A stretch of 64,000 bases of DNA from Deltaproteobacteria bacterium (GCA_031264145.1 JAISEK010000076.1:7843-71842); one strand, 5' to 3'. Counted from the stretch's first letter, positions 19,356 through 28,593 are shown. The notes: generated from the letters alone by a model not told the origin. A program made the numbers and translations.

Positions 19356-20246
19356 CGTTTTTTGCAAATCATTTCGACAGTCAGTATATCACCAAATGAT
19401 TTCAGAACGTCTCATCTTTGCGAGTCCCAGGCGGTACCAGATCGATGTTTTTCTGACAGGCCAAACTCTTTTTAATGGCCTGGTGCCCGTGACGCATAAG
19501 GAGTGCTTACTTATAGCTTGAGCTTTCAGGGGCTACAGCAAGGAGTATCATCCTGATCATCTCAGATCGTCATCGGCATTCTTGTCCAGATTTTTCTTCT
19601 TAGGCCAAATTTTACTTGCCGTCCGGTCGTTTTCCGTTCATCATGCGGTACGTCTACTCCTGCATGCATGTGAATGGAGACAGGACATATGGGTGGGGAC
19701 ACGGTTTGTCGGGGAATGCCGTCACCATATCCTTGCTCATATTTGCTCGGCGTCAAGTCTGACCCGCGCCTTGCGATTGAGCCCTTGGCGACTTTGTCGT
19801 CTGTCAGTATCGTAAGCAAAGATATGTTGCCATCCTCCAAAATTCTGATGTTCATCTGGAAGCAGTATCCAGGAGCCCATGTCTCACGTCGGCCTCTTGC
19901 CCTTAATCTCGCTTGTCGCCGTCTGAAGCGTGGAAACGCCAACGACGTTTCCGGCCACGGCGAAGACTTGGCGTTATTGGCTCTTTCCCCTGTTCGCTAG
20001 ACTATGGGCTCTTGACCGTATCCTGGACAATACCTATAATATCTTGGATAGGAAGGGACATCATGGCGATAAACACCGCTATGTCTCGGGTCCGCTTGGT
20101 CGATTGAGCGAAAATCGCCTCCTGGCCAGACGGGCAGGTGGCTACAGTTGTGCTTTGGGATCTTTTGGCCCTTCCAATGGGATGGGAGGAATGCGTCTGT
20201 TCCCTTGACCTTGACTGAAATCAAGGTGTTTCCCTGTCAAGATACC

Positions 20247-21410
20247 ATGAAACTACGGCAGCTTCACATCAAAGGCTTCAAATCCATCGATGGCGATTTG
20301 GGACAGCTCGTTCCCTTTGAGGATGTCACCGTTTTATTGGGAGCCAATGGGTCCGGTAAGAGCAACTTGCTTTCCTTCATTGAGATGTCACGATCTCTGG
20401 CCAGGCAAGAGTTGGGGGAGTTCGTGGCGAAGCAGGGTGTCAGCCGGCTTCTTTATTATGGACCTCAAAATACAGATGACATATCTTTCATCGCCTCATT
20501 TGATGACGGAGGCATCAGCAGATATGAAGTAACTCTCAAGCGCGGCCTGCCTGACGGGCTTTCTGTGGGCTCTGAGAGAATTGGCTTTGGCCAGTACCAC
20601 CGTGTTGGGGAAAACGTGCCGGCGACATTGCCTCAAGATGAATATGGGGCGTCTGTCCTGGCTGAGAGCTATTATCTGCCTAAAGGTCAAAGAGGTGAAT
20701 CAACTCTTGCTGATGACGAAAACGAAACTGGCCGGCTTATTTATGACTTTTTGTCACGCATTCGTATATATCAATTTAATGACACATCGGAAACCGCCAA
20801 AATAAGGTACCGCAACTATGTGGACGATGCTAAGTATTTACGCCATGACGCTTCCAATTTGGCGGCTTTTTTAAAGATGCTGAAGGATAACTCCGCCTAT
20901 AAAAAATATTACAACCGTATCGTCAGACATATTCAGCGTGTCATGCCCCAATTTAAGGATTTTGATTTTGAACCCATTCCTGGAAACCAAGAACATGTCC
21001 GCCTAAATTGGAAGGATTCCTTCGGTAGTGGTTATTTGTTCGATCCGCACCAGATATCCGATGGATCTTTGCGTTTCATGGCCTTGGCGACATTGTCGTT
21101 GCAGCCCCCAGATTTATTGCCCAGACTCATTGTCCTTGACGAGCCGGAATTGGGACTCCATCCGGCAGCCATCACGGAACTGGGTGGACTTGTCAGAGCC
21201 GCCGCCAGGAATACTCAAGTGATCCTGTGCACTCAATCCACCCGTCTGATTGACGAGTTTGACCTCCAAAACTTGGTAATAGTCGAGCGCGACCGCATGA
21301 GACACTGTTCCATATTCAAAACGCTCAATGCGGAACAGTTTGGAGACTGGCTGGCCCGCTACAGTCTCTCCGAACTTTGGGAAAAAAACGTGATTGGCGG
21401 CCAGCCATGA
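20247..21410 (+). CDS. SMC/RecF/OLD-like ABC-type ATPase (AAA_15/AAA_21-like)
   Basis: MKLRQLHIKGFKSI start. Walker A LLGANGSGKSN; signature-like ISDGSLRFMALA; Walker B LIVLDEPELGLHP; H-loop-like ILCTQS. About 200 aa are inserted between Walker A and the signature. Lower GC than flanking genes. Confidence 0.85.
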   Translation: MKLRQLHIKGFKSIDGDLGQLVPFEDVTVLLGANGSGKSNLLSFIEMSRSLARQELGEFVAKQGVSRLLYYGPQNTDDISFIASFDDGGISRYEVTLKRGLPDGLSVGSERIGFGQYHRVGENVPATLPQDEYGASVLAESYYLPKGQRGESTLADDENETGRLIYDFLSRIRIYQFNDTSETAKIRYRNYVDDAKYLRHDASNLAAFLKMLKDNSAYKKYYNRIVRHIQRVMPQFKDFDFEPIPGNQEHVRLNWKDSFGSGYLFDPHQISDGSLRFMALATLSLQPPDLLPRLIVLDEPELGLHPAAITELGGLVRAAARNTQVILCTQSTRLIDEFDLQNLVIVERDRMRHCSIFKTLNAEQFGDWLARYSLSELWEKNVIGGQP

Positions 21411-22099
21411 TCCGCTTGCATATTACCGCTGAAGGGAAGACAGAGCTAAATTTCGCCAAAAAAGTACTTGCCCCGTATCTAGCCGGCCACAACGTTTTTG
21501 CTGATGAGCGTTGTGTCCTGACAGGCAAGAACAGACGCGCGGCCCAGGAGCATAGAGGGGGGCTGCTGAGCTATGGGAAGGCCAAAAAGGATATTTTGGC
21601 CTGGTTGAAGGAAGATCACGGAAATGAGTGTCGCTTTACCACCATGTTCGATTTGTATGCGCTGCCAGATGACTTTCCAGGCTACGATGAAGCCAGATTT
21701 CAAGTTGATCCATACAAAAAAGTCGAAATCATCGAAAATTTTATGGCGAGCGACATAAATGACAGTCGCTTTATTCCTTATGTCCAGTTGCATGAATTCG
21801 AGGCGCTAATTCTTGCTGACCCGCGACAACTTGAGTGGGAATATCTGGAACATGACAAGCCTATCCTAAACCTGATATCCATGGTCGGCGGCCAGAATCC
21901 TGAGTTCATCAATGACGGCAAGGATACAGCCCCATCCAAGCGTATTCTCAAAGAAATACCTGAATATAACAAAGCTACCGCTGGCCCGGCGGTAGCGGAG
22001 AAAATTGGTTTGCCAGTGCTTCGCGCCAAATGCGGCCATTTTCACGATTGGCTGACCGTCTTGGAAAATCTTGGAAATACGCAATCTCGGTGCCGATAA
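21407..22099 (+). CDS. DUF4276-like / Toprim-like putative nuclease partner of the upstream ATPase
   Basis: ATGA overlap with the ATPase stop (21407-21410). MIRLHITAEGKTELNF (EGxxE), TTMFDLYALP and QLHEFEALILADP. Assigned to DUF4276 from memory of the family pattern, not from a search. Confidence 0.7.
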   Translation: MIRLHITAEGKTELNFAKKVLAPYLAGHNVFADERCVLTGKNRRAAQEHRGGLLSYGKAKKDILAWLKEDHGNECRFTTMFDLYALPDDFPGYDEARFQVDPYKKVEIIENFMASDINDSRFIPYVQLHEFEALILADPRQLEWEYLEHDKPILNLISMVGGQNPEFINDGKDTAPSKRILKEIPEYNKATAGPAVAEKIGLPVLRAKCGHFHDWLTVLENLGNTQSRCR

Positions 22100-22346
22100 G
22101 CGCGCCAACATTTTCGACAGGATAGTTTCGACTGAGGCTGCAGGCACCTTCCCACAGGACGACAGATTCCCCTAGGCAGGAATTGCGTTTCCGTTTTCTG
22201 GGTGCCATGTGGCCTTCAAGGCAGGGGCCTTTCCAAGGCGTGAATCTGTCCGCGGAACAATTTCGCGACGCAGGGAAAGATCCCGGCCTGGAAATCTATG
22301 CCCCATGGGGGAGATCGGCTTCAGTTTGGGCGGGGAAAGTGATAAT

Positions 22347-23246
22347 ATGGCCCCGTCGGTGGGCCTCCTGGGGATTGGGCGCCTGGGCCGGAGGGCCCTG
22401 GCGAGGGCCGCCGCAGTGCCCGGCCTGGCCCTGATCGCCCTGGGTGCCGAGCCGGCCCGCCAGGGCCAGTCAGGCGAGGGTATCGGCCCCGGGGAGCGGT
22501 CCCGGCTGCTTGAGGCCCTCTCGGGCCTGGATTTCGCCGTCCTGGTCTGCTCCCTGGACTCGGCCGCCGACCGAAGGCTCGTCGATTCCGTCCTGGGGTG
22601 CCTGCCAGCCCCCGACAGGGCGCCCATGATGGTCTCCGTCGTCTCCCGGGGCAGCCTCTCCCAGTCCGGCTGGCGGCCCGTCTTCCGAAGGCTCCTGGCG
22701 GCCAGCCGGGCGGCTGTGGATCTCTGGAGCCGACAGGGCCTCCTGGTCCAGGGCGGCCGGGTGTTCGAGGCCAGGGAGCGCCTGGCCGATCTGGTGTCCG
22801 GCCTGGCCGAGGGCCTGGCCGAGGTGCTGGCCCGGCCCATGGAGATGGTCCTGGACCCGTCCGACCTCAGGGCCGCGCTGGCCTTTCCCGGCCGCCTGGC
22901 CTGGGGGCTGGGCCAGGCCAGCGGCCCCGACAGGGCCCGCAGGGCCCTGGACCGGGCCCTGGCCTCGGGGGCCTATCCGCCAGAGAACCTCCTGGGGGCC
23001 CAGTGCCTCCTGGTCCTGACCATAGGCGACCCCGGCCTCAGGCTGGGCGACTTCGAGTACCTCAACCGGCGTCTGGCCGCCCTGGCCGGCGAGAGGGCCA
23101 GGCTCTTCGCCGGCCTGGCCCACGACGCGGCCCTGGCACAGGCCGGCGGGCTCAAGGTGTTTTTCCTGGCCACCGGCCTCCCCGGCCAGGGTACGGGCGA
23201 CCGGGCCGCCCTGTTCAGGGCCGGGCTCAGGGAATGGAGAATCTGA
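22347..23246 (+). CDS. divergent FtsZ/tubulin-like paralogue lacking the GGGTGTG nucleotide-binding loop
   Basis: By-eye alignment to the window's own FtsZ. GIGRLGRRA matches GIGGCGNNA; MMVSVVSRG matches LIVSVVILP; LDPSDLRAAL matches LDFADIRSAL. GLGQASGPDRARRAL...LLVLTIGDPGLRLGDFEYL...LKVFFLATGL matches GFGQASGEGRGLRAV...LLINIIADDIKLSEFEGI...LKVTVIATGL. Alternative start 22209. Confidence 0.7.
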   Translation: MAPSVGLLGIGRLGRRALARAAAVPGLALIALGAEPARQGQSGEGIGPGERSRLLEALSGLDFAVLVCSLDSAADRRLVDSVLGCLPAPDRAPMMVSVVSRGSLSQSGWRPVFRRLLAASRAAVDLWSRQGLLVQGGRVFEARERLADLVSGLAEGLAEVLARPMEMVLDPSDLRAALAFPGRLAWGLGQASGPDRARRALDRALASGAYPPENLLGAQCLLVLTIGDPGLRLGDFEYLNRRLAALAGERARLFAGLAHDAALAQAGGLKVFFLATGLPGQGTGDRAALFRAGLREWRI

Positions 23247-24259
23247 TGGCTTTTCACGCCCCCGGGTCATGGGAAGGACGGGCCGGGAGCCTGATGCTCG
23301 TAGGCTGGGAGGGGAACGGCCTCCAGGAGCCCCTGGGGCTCTTGGAGGATTTCGGCCCCGCCGGGCTGGTCTTCTTCAGGCGCAACTACCCGCCCGGCGG
23401 CGGTCCCGAGCTGAGGGAACAGCTGGCGAGGATTGGGGCCAGGGCCCTGGAGGTCCTGGGGCGGCCCGTCCTCTTGGCCCTCGATGGCGAGGGGGGGCTG
23501 GTCAAGAGGCTCCCTCCGCCCCACGTCCAGTTGCCGGCGGCCCCCATGGCGGCCCTGATGGGCCCAGGTAGGATTTTCGAGATGGCCCTGGAGGCCGGCC
23601 GGGAGATGGCCCTTCTGGGCTTCAACCTAAACCTGGCCCCGGTCCTGGACCTCCAGGTCGAGGGCGGCATAATGGCCGGCCGTTCCTACGGTCCCGACCC
23701 GGGCCTGGTGGCCGGGTGCGCCAGGGCCTTCATGGAGGGCTTCCGGGCGGCGGGCGTCCTGACCTGCGCCAAGCATTTTCCAGGCCTGGGGGCGGCCATG
23801 GAGGATCCCCACTCGGTCCTGCCGTCCATAGGCCTGGGCCCGGAGGCCATGGCGCCGCATCTCAGGCCCTTCGGGGAGCTGGCCGCGTCCGGGCTGCCCA
23901 TGGTCATGACCAGCCACTGCCTCTACCCCGGCCTGGGGCTGGACCGCCCGGCCACCTTCCACGGGGCCGCGGCGGCCATGCTGCGGGGCCGCCTTTCATT
24001 CGACGGCCCCATCCTCTCGGACGATCTGGAGATGGGCGCCGTGGCCGGGAACCTCCCGGTCGGCGAGGCGGCCGTCCAGGCCGTCCAGGCCGGGCACGAC
24101 CTGGTCCTGGTCTGCCGTCGCCGCCGGGCGATAGAGGAGGCCCACGGGGCGCTGGCGCTGGCCCTGGCCTCCGGGCGCCTCGACGCCTCGCGCCAGCTGG
24201 CCTCCCTTGGCCGGCTTGGCCGTCTTCTGGGCCCCGGCGCGACGGGCGACGACCTCTGA
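23234..24259 (+). CDS. nagZ: beta-N-acetylhexosaminidase NagZ (GH3)
   Basis: Motifs GFNLNLAPVLDL, AKHFPGLGAAMEDPHSVLP and ILSDDLEMGAV. A second in-frame ATG at 23246 overlaps the upstream stop (TGATG). Confidence 0.85.
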   Translation: MENLMAFHAPGSWEGRAGSLMLVGWEGNGLQEPLGLLEDFGPAGLVFFRRNYPPGGGPELREQLARIGARALEVLGRPVLLALDGEGGLVKRLPPPHVQLPAAPMAALMGPGRIFEMALEAGREMALLGFNLNLAPVLDLQVEGGIMAGRSYGPDPGLVAGCARAFMEGFRAAGVLTCAKHFPGLGAAMEDPHSVLPSIGLGPEAMAPHLRPFGELAASGLPMVMTSHCLYPGLGLDRPATFHGAAAAMLRGRLSFDGPILSDDLEMGAVAGNLPVGEAAVQAVQAGHDLVLVCRRRRAIEEAHGALALALASGRLDASRQLASLGRLGRLLGPGATGDDL

Positions 24260-24297
24260 CCGGCCACGGGCCGGAAACCAAACTTGGGGAGGCGAGA

Positions 24298-24762
24298 GTG
24301 GCCAACCAGCACACCTACCTGCTAGAGCCAGGGCTCTGGACCATGGAGGGCATCTACCGCGACCGGGAGGATTCCCCCCACCGGCAGACGGGCCAGATCC
24401 TGGTGGTCCACGCCCCCGGGCTCTGGACCATCGAGAGCCAGCTGTCCATCTCCGGCCAGGACGCCAGGGACTTCGAGACCCGCTACGACGTGTCCCCCAT
24501 GCCCCAGGGCCGCTCCTTCACCGAGTGGAAGTCCATCTCCAACGGGCCGGAGCCGATATTCGGCCTCTTCGTGCTGGTGGAGGACGCCATCATGATGCCC
24601 TGGGAGTCCGAGTCGGGCATCTACTGGGGCCAGGAGGTCCTGTCCAGGGTCGCCCCGGACGAGTACCGGTGCCGCGGCTTTGCCTTCATAAAGCGAGAAA
24701 AGGTCTCCTCCTGGGCCGTCCGGATGGCCAGGGCCGACCAGGGCCAGGCGATGGGGGAATGA
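24298..24762 (+). CDS. hypothetical protein (~154 aa)
   Basis: GTG start inside ORF 23716..24762. Ordinary amino-acid composition from VANQHTYLLEPGLWTMEGIY onward. No family recognised. Confidence 0.45.
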   Translation: MANQHTYLLEPGLWTMEGIYRDREDSPHRQTGQILVVHAPGLWTIESQLSISGQDARDFETRYDVSPMPQGRSFTEWKSISNGPEPIFGLFVLVEDAIMMPWESESGIYWGQEVLSRVAPDEYRCRGFAFIKREKVSSWAVRMARADQGQAMGE

Positions 24763-24832
24763 CGGCCGGCGACCGGGAGGAAGGGGGCCCCCCTTCCCGC
24801 GGGCCGGCGGCGCGAATCCATGGGAGGAAAGA

Positions 24833-25666
24833 GTGAGCGTAGCCGATCGACTTAGGAAGGGCGAATCGAGCCGCTGGATAGTGGCCCTGATCCTGGTCGT
24901 GCCGACCGTACTGTGCGTCTTCGCGGACAACAAGGTGTTCCTGATGATCCTCGCGGCCATGGTCGGCAGCATGGCCTGGGGCGAGTTCTTCATCAACCTT
25001 CTGGGCCGGGAGAGGCTGGGCCTCCTGGTCCTGGCCCTCCTGGGCTTCTACGCCACCCTGGCCGGGGCCACCTTCTACGGCTCGGACGGCCAGACCCTGG
25101 GCCTGGCGGTGGCCCTTTCCCTGGGGGCGGCCTACTTCCTCCACATCCTTAGCCCCGAGAAGGACCGCGTCTCGGTGAACCTGGTCAGCCGCTACGCCCT
25201 GGGCCACGTCTATCTTTCCTTCTATCTTTCCTTCATCATGCTCGTGAAGCAGTTCGAGCATGGCGGCAAGTGGCTCCTCTTCGTCCTTCTGGTCACGGCC
25301 ATGTCCGACACCGGGGCCTTCTACGTCGGCTCACGGCTAAAGGGCCCCAAGCTCTGCCCCAAGATAAGCCCCAACAAGACCATCTCGGGCCTTCTGGGCG
25401 GCTGCCTGGCGGCGGCCCTGGCCGCGGGGCTGTCCCACAAGTTCCTGGTCGGCACCGGTTGGAGGGAACTGGCGGCCCTGGGCCTCTTTCTGGGGCTGTG
25501 GGGGACCTTCGGGGATCTCTTCGAGTCGGCCTTCAAGAGGGCCATGGGCGTCAAGGACACCTCCAACATCCTGGGCGGACACGGCGGCTTCTGGGACCGC
25601 CTGGACTCGATCCTCTTCAACCTCCCCCCGGTCTACTATTACGTGTTCTGGCTGAGCCAGCCCTAG
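24833..25666 (+). CDS. cdsA: phosphatidate cytidylyltransferase
   Basis: Signature SAFKRAMGVKDTSNILGGHGGFWDRLDS. Polytopic. GTG start with RBS GGGAGGA. Confidence 0.9.
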   Translation: MSVADRLRKGESSRWIVALILVVPTVLCVFADNKVFLMILAAMVGSMAWGEFFINLLGRERLGLLVLALLGFYATLAGATFYGSDGQTLGLAVALSLGAAYFLHILSPEKDRVSVNLVSRYALGHVYLSFYLSFIMLVKQFEHGGKWLLFVLLVTAMSDTGAFYVGSRLKGPKLCPKISPNKTISGLLGGCLAAALAAGLSHKFLVGTGWRELAALGLFLGLWGTFGDLFESAFKRAMGVKDTSNILGGHGGFWDRLDSILFNLPPVYYYVFWLSQP

Positions 25667-25676
25667 CGGCCGCCCC

Positions 25677-26873
25677 ATGTCCCGGACCCTGGAGATAGCC
25701 GTCCTGGGCTCGACCGGCTCCATCGGCCGAGCCGTCCTCTCCCTGGCGGCCGCCTTCCCCGACCGGCTGAGGGTGGTGGCCCTCTCCGCCCACCGGAACG
25801 TGGCCCTCCTGGCCGGACAGATCCGCCGGTTCGGTCCGGCCGTCGTCTCCGTGGGCAGCCAGGCCCTGAGAGGCGAGCTGCTGGGCCTCATGGGCAGCCC
25901 GGCCGGCCGCCCCGAGGTCCTGGTCGGCCCGGAGGGCCTCGCTGACCTGGCCGCCCAGAGCGGGGCCGGGACGGTCGTCTCGGCCGTGGTGGGGGCGGCC
26001 GGCCTCGTCCCGACCTGGGCCGCCCTGTCCAGGGGCCTGCGGGTGGCCCTGGCCAACAAGGAGAGCCTGGTCCTGGCAGGCGATCTGCTGATGGCCCTGG
26101 CCGGGGACCGGCTGAGCCCGGTAGACAGCGAGCACTCGGCCATCTTCCAGGCCCTGGGGGGGCGGCTCAGGGACCCCGGCCTCCGCCGCCTGGTCCTGAC
26201 GGCCTCCGGCGGCCCCTTCCGCGGCCGGTCCCTGGAGGAGCTTTCCAGGGTCACGGCCGCCCAGGCCCTGGCCCACCCCACCTGGCGCATGGGCCCCAAG
26301 ATTTCCTGCGACAGCGCCACCATGATGAACAAGGGCCTGGAGGTCATCGAGGCCCACCATCTCTTTGGGCTGGGCTATGACCAGATAGAGGTCCTGGTCC
26401 ACCCCGGCAGCCACGTCCACTCCCTGGCCGGCTTCAGTGATGGCTCCGTCCTGGCCCAGATGGGGCCTGCTGACATGCGGCTGGCCATCGCCTACGCCCT
26501 TTCCCATCCTGGCCGCTGGCCCCTGGCGGACCTGGCCGGGAAGGACCCCGACTTCGAGGTCTTCGCCGACGGCTCCATCCCCCCCTCGCTCATCTTCGAG
26601 GCTCCCGACCGTAAGGCCTTCAGGGCCTTGGCCTTGGCCGAGGCGGCCGGCCGGGCTGGCGGGACGGCCCCGGCCATCCTCAACGGGGCCAACGAGGTCG
26701 CCGTGGCCGCCTTCCTGGGGGGCCGTCTTTCCTTCACGGGCATCGCCGGCCTGGTGGAGGCGACCCTGGCCGCCATCCCGGCCGGGAGCCTGGGCAGCCT
26801 GGCCGACGCCCTGGCCGCCGACGCCGAGGCCAGGCGGGTGGCCGAGGCCCTGGCCGCGAGGTGCGGGTTCTGA
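25677..26873 (+). CDS. dxr: 1-deoxy-D-xylulose 5-phosphate reductoisomerase
   Basis: Motifs LGSTGSIG, LANKESLV, DSEHSAIFQ, MNKGLEVIEA. Canonical cdsA-dxr linkage. Confidence 0.95.
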   Translation: MSRTLEIAVLGSTGSIGRAVLSLAAAFPDRLRVVALSAHRNVALLAGQIRRFGPAVVSVGSQALRGELLGLMGSPAGRPEVLVGPEGLADLAAQSGAGTVVSAVVGAAGLVPTWAALSRGLRVALANKESLVLAGDLLMALAGDRLSPVDSEHSAIFQALGGRLRDPGLRRLVLTASGGPFRGRSLEELSRVTAAQALAHPTWRMGPKISCDSATMMNKGLEVIEAHHLFGLGYDQIEVLVHPGSHVHSLAGFSDGSVLAQMGPADMRLAIAYALSHPGRWPLADLAGKDPDFEVFADGSIPPSLIFEAPDRKAFRALALAEAAGRAGGTAPAILNGANEVAVAAFLGGRLSFTGIAGLVEATLAAIPAGSLGSLADALAADAEARRVAEALAARCGF

Positions 26874-26972
26874 GGGACCGGCCCTGCCCGGCAAATGGGG
26901 CCGGCGACGCCAGGCCCGCGGCGACCGCCTGGTGGCCGCTGGTAGTTGACCACTGGCTGGCCGGAACCTCCA

Positions 26973-27092
26973 TAGTGCCTTGTTTTTCTTGTTTGACTGG
27001 TGCCGGCATCTCGGCTTAATCTCCGTAGCCAACGTTGGCTCAGAGTAAAGATAGCCATTTTTGCTAGATATTCTATGAAAAGAAAGTCTTTA
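26973..27092 (+). mobile_element. MITE-like repeat, copy E (diverged)
   Basis: TAGTGCCTTGTTTTTCTTGTTTGACTGGTG... matches the left end of copy C (42902..). Right end GAAAAGAAAGTCTT is degenerate. Confidence 0.45.
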
Positions 27093-27696
27093 GAGTAGAC
27101 TGGTTTTATGAAATTATCTTTCCAGCAATAATAAGACTGCAAATAAATTCTTTAGGATATCTATATTCATGTACATTTTTATTAACTTTTGATTAAATAT
27201 CTTAAAATAATATGCAAAATAATTAAAAATTGTTATGCTAGAATATAATTATATTTAAATATAAAACATAGTAAAATATTATTGTTACGCTCACTATAGC
27301 ATGTAATTTAACGGATCATTCGTGGACTATATCTAACTTTTATCTCGCACCTTGGTCGAGTTGTCCAGCAGGCAAGATTTTGTTAACGAAACATAGATGC
27401 GACCAAAAATTGGAAAATGAGAAAAGGCGACATGGAAATCCTGCTTGCCTTCGCATCCAAGTATGGGTATTATGAGTATTATATGGGCGACAGCCCTCCA
27501 GTAGACAAGGTCGTGGCCTTAGTGTGGCCTCGATGCCGACGGGCAAGGCCACGGTCCGGCGTTAGTCGACCTTTGGTGGCTTGGGGCAGGGTGCGGGATC
27601 GCCGCGGACTCGGAACTTGCCTGACTCTCGCGTTGCCCTAAACTGGGCTGGGTCATGCTGGAAGCCATCGCTGGCCCACCGGGTGATGGCCCGCTG

Positions 27697-27752
27697 AAGG
27701 TGCGTCACCTGGCCTGGGCCCAAAAAGGTGCGTCACCTGGCCTGGGCCCAAA
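27697..27752. repeat. perfect 28 bp tandem duplication (AAGGTGCGTCACCTGGCCTGGGCCCAAA x2)
   Basis: Read directly: 27697-27724 equals 27725-27752. Confidence 0.95.
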
Positions 27753-28043
27753 GGAGTGACCGCGGCATATGGAACTGCTGTCCATCTAAAAACCTAAAAA
27801 TGACCAATCCTTATACCTAATTATCAAGGCTAAATGCAGCAGAACCCAAGGAGCTCGGTTTTTACTTGCCCGTCAACATTAGAAAAGATATCTCCTCATA
27901 AAAATTATCAAGCCAATGGAGGTGTTGGACGATGACGACTTGACATATCTTAAATTAATAATATTATGGATTATGATATATATTTTTTTTATAAAATATC
28001 ATAAAACTATTGCCCTTGCAAGGAAAATTATAGGGAGAATGTG

Positions 28044-28463
28044 ATGTATAAAATCTTTATCGCTATTTTAGCTGTTACTTTTTTATTAAATATTAGTAAT
28101 AATATATATGCAGAAGATAATCAATTTACTACTGGAATAGATCATTGTTTAAATAATGCAACTGAATATGTAGAATTTACTGCTTGTTACTCAGAAGCAG
28201 CCAGTTATTGGGATAATTTTTTGAATGAAAATTATCAGAAAGTAGTAGATCTATGTAATAATGATAATGGCAATGGAGAGCAATGTTTAAAAATTCTTCG
28301 TAATGCTCAACGGAGCTGGTTAGCTTATAGAGATGGTATGATAAAGACAATTTATGAAATTATGGGTAATGGCCAAGTAACAGAAATGCAGGCTGCTGAA
28401 TTTCTATATTCATCAACGCAAGATCAAGCACTAATTTTAGGAACATTAGCAAGTTTGCCATAA
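28044..28463 (+). CDS. DUF1311 / LprI-like (lysozyme-inhibitor family) exported protein
   Basis: Signal peptide MYKIFIAILAVTFLLNISNNIYA. C-terminal L..AQRSWLAYRDGM pattern of DUF1311 (recalled). RBS GGGAGA upstream. Extremely AT-rich codons in a GC-rich genome. Confidence 0.65.
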   Translation: MYKIFIAILAVTFLLNISNNIYAEDNQFTTGIDHCLNNATEYVEFTACYSEAASYWDNFLNENYQKVVDLCNNDNGNGEQCLKILRNAQRSWLAYRDGMIKTIYEIMGNGQVTEMQAAEFLYSSTQDQALILGTLASLP

Positions 28464-28593
28464 ATAAAACTAAATTTTTAGTTATTTATGAAATTAATAT
28501 TTATATAGTTATTAATGTAGTGCTAATAGTTTACTAGCGCTACATTTTATTAGATTAATGCCAATAAATTGCTCAAAATTATTCTAGAGGAAA

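Noticed and set aside
19562-19942. 126-aa minus-strand ORF in the low-GC island (WAPGYCFQMNIRILEDGNISLL...)
   Set aside because: I recognise no family. There is no RBS, it is surrounded by other short overlapping ORFs, and it cannot be supported as a gene from sequence alone.
22172-23270. Minus-strand ORFs 22172..22840 and 22470..23270 opposite the FtsZ-like gene
   Set aside because: These are antisense GC artefacts. The plus-strand product has clear homology to FtsZ, whereas these have none.
27340-27800. GC-rich segment inside the AT-rich insert as a possible structured RNA (SRP, RNase P, tmRNA) or rseP fragment
   Set aside because: None of the conserved cores I know for these RNAs (e.g. 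GGAAAGTCCGG for RNase P, or a tmRNA tRNA-like end) are present. No reading frame resembles RseP.
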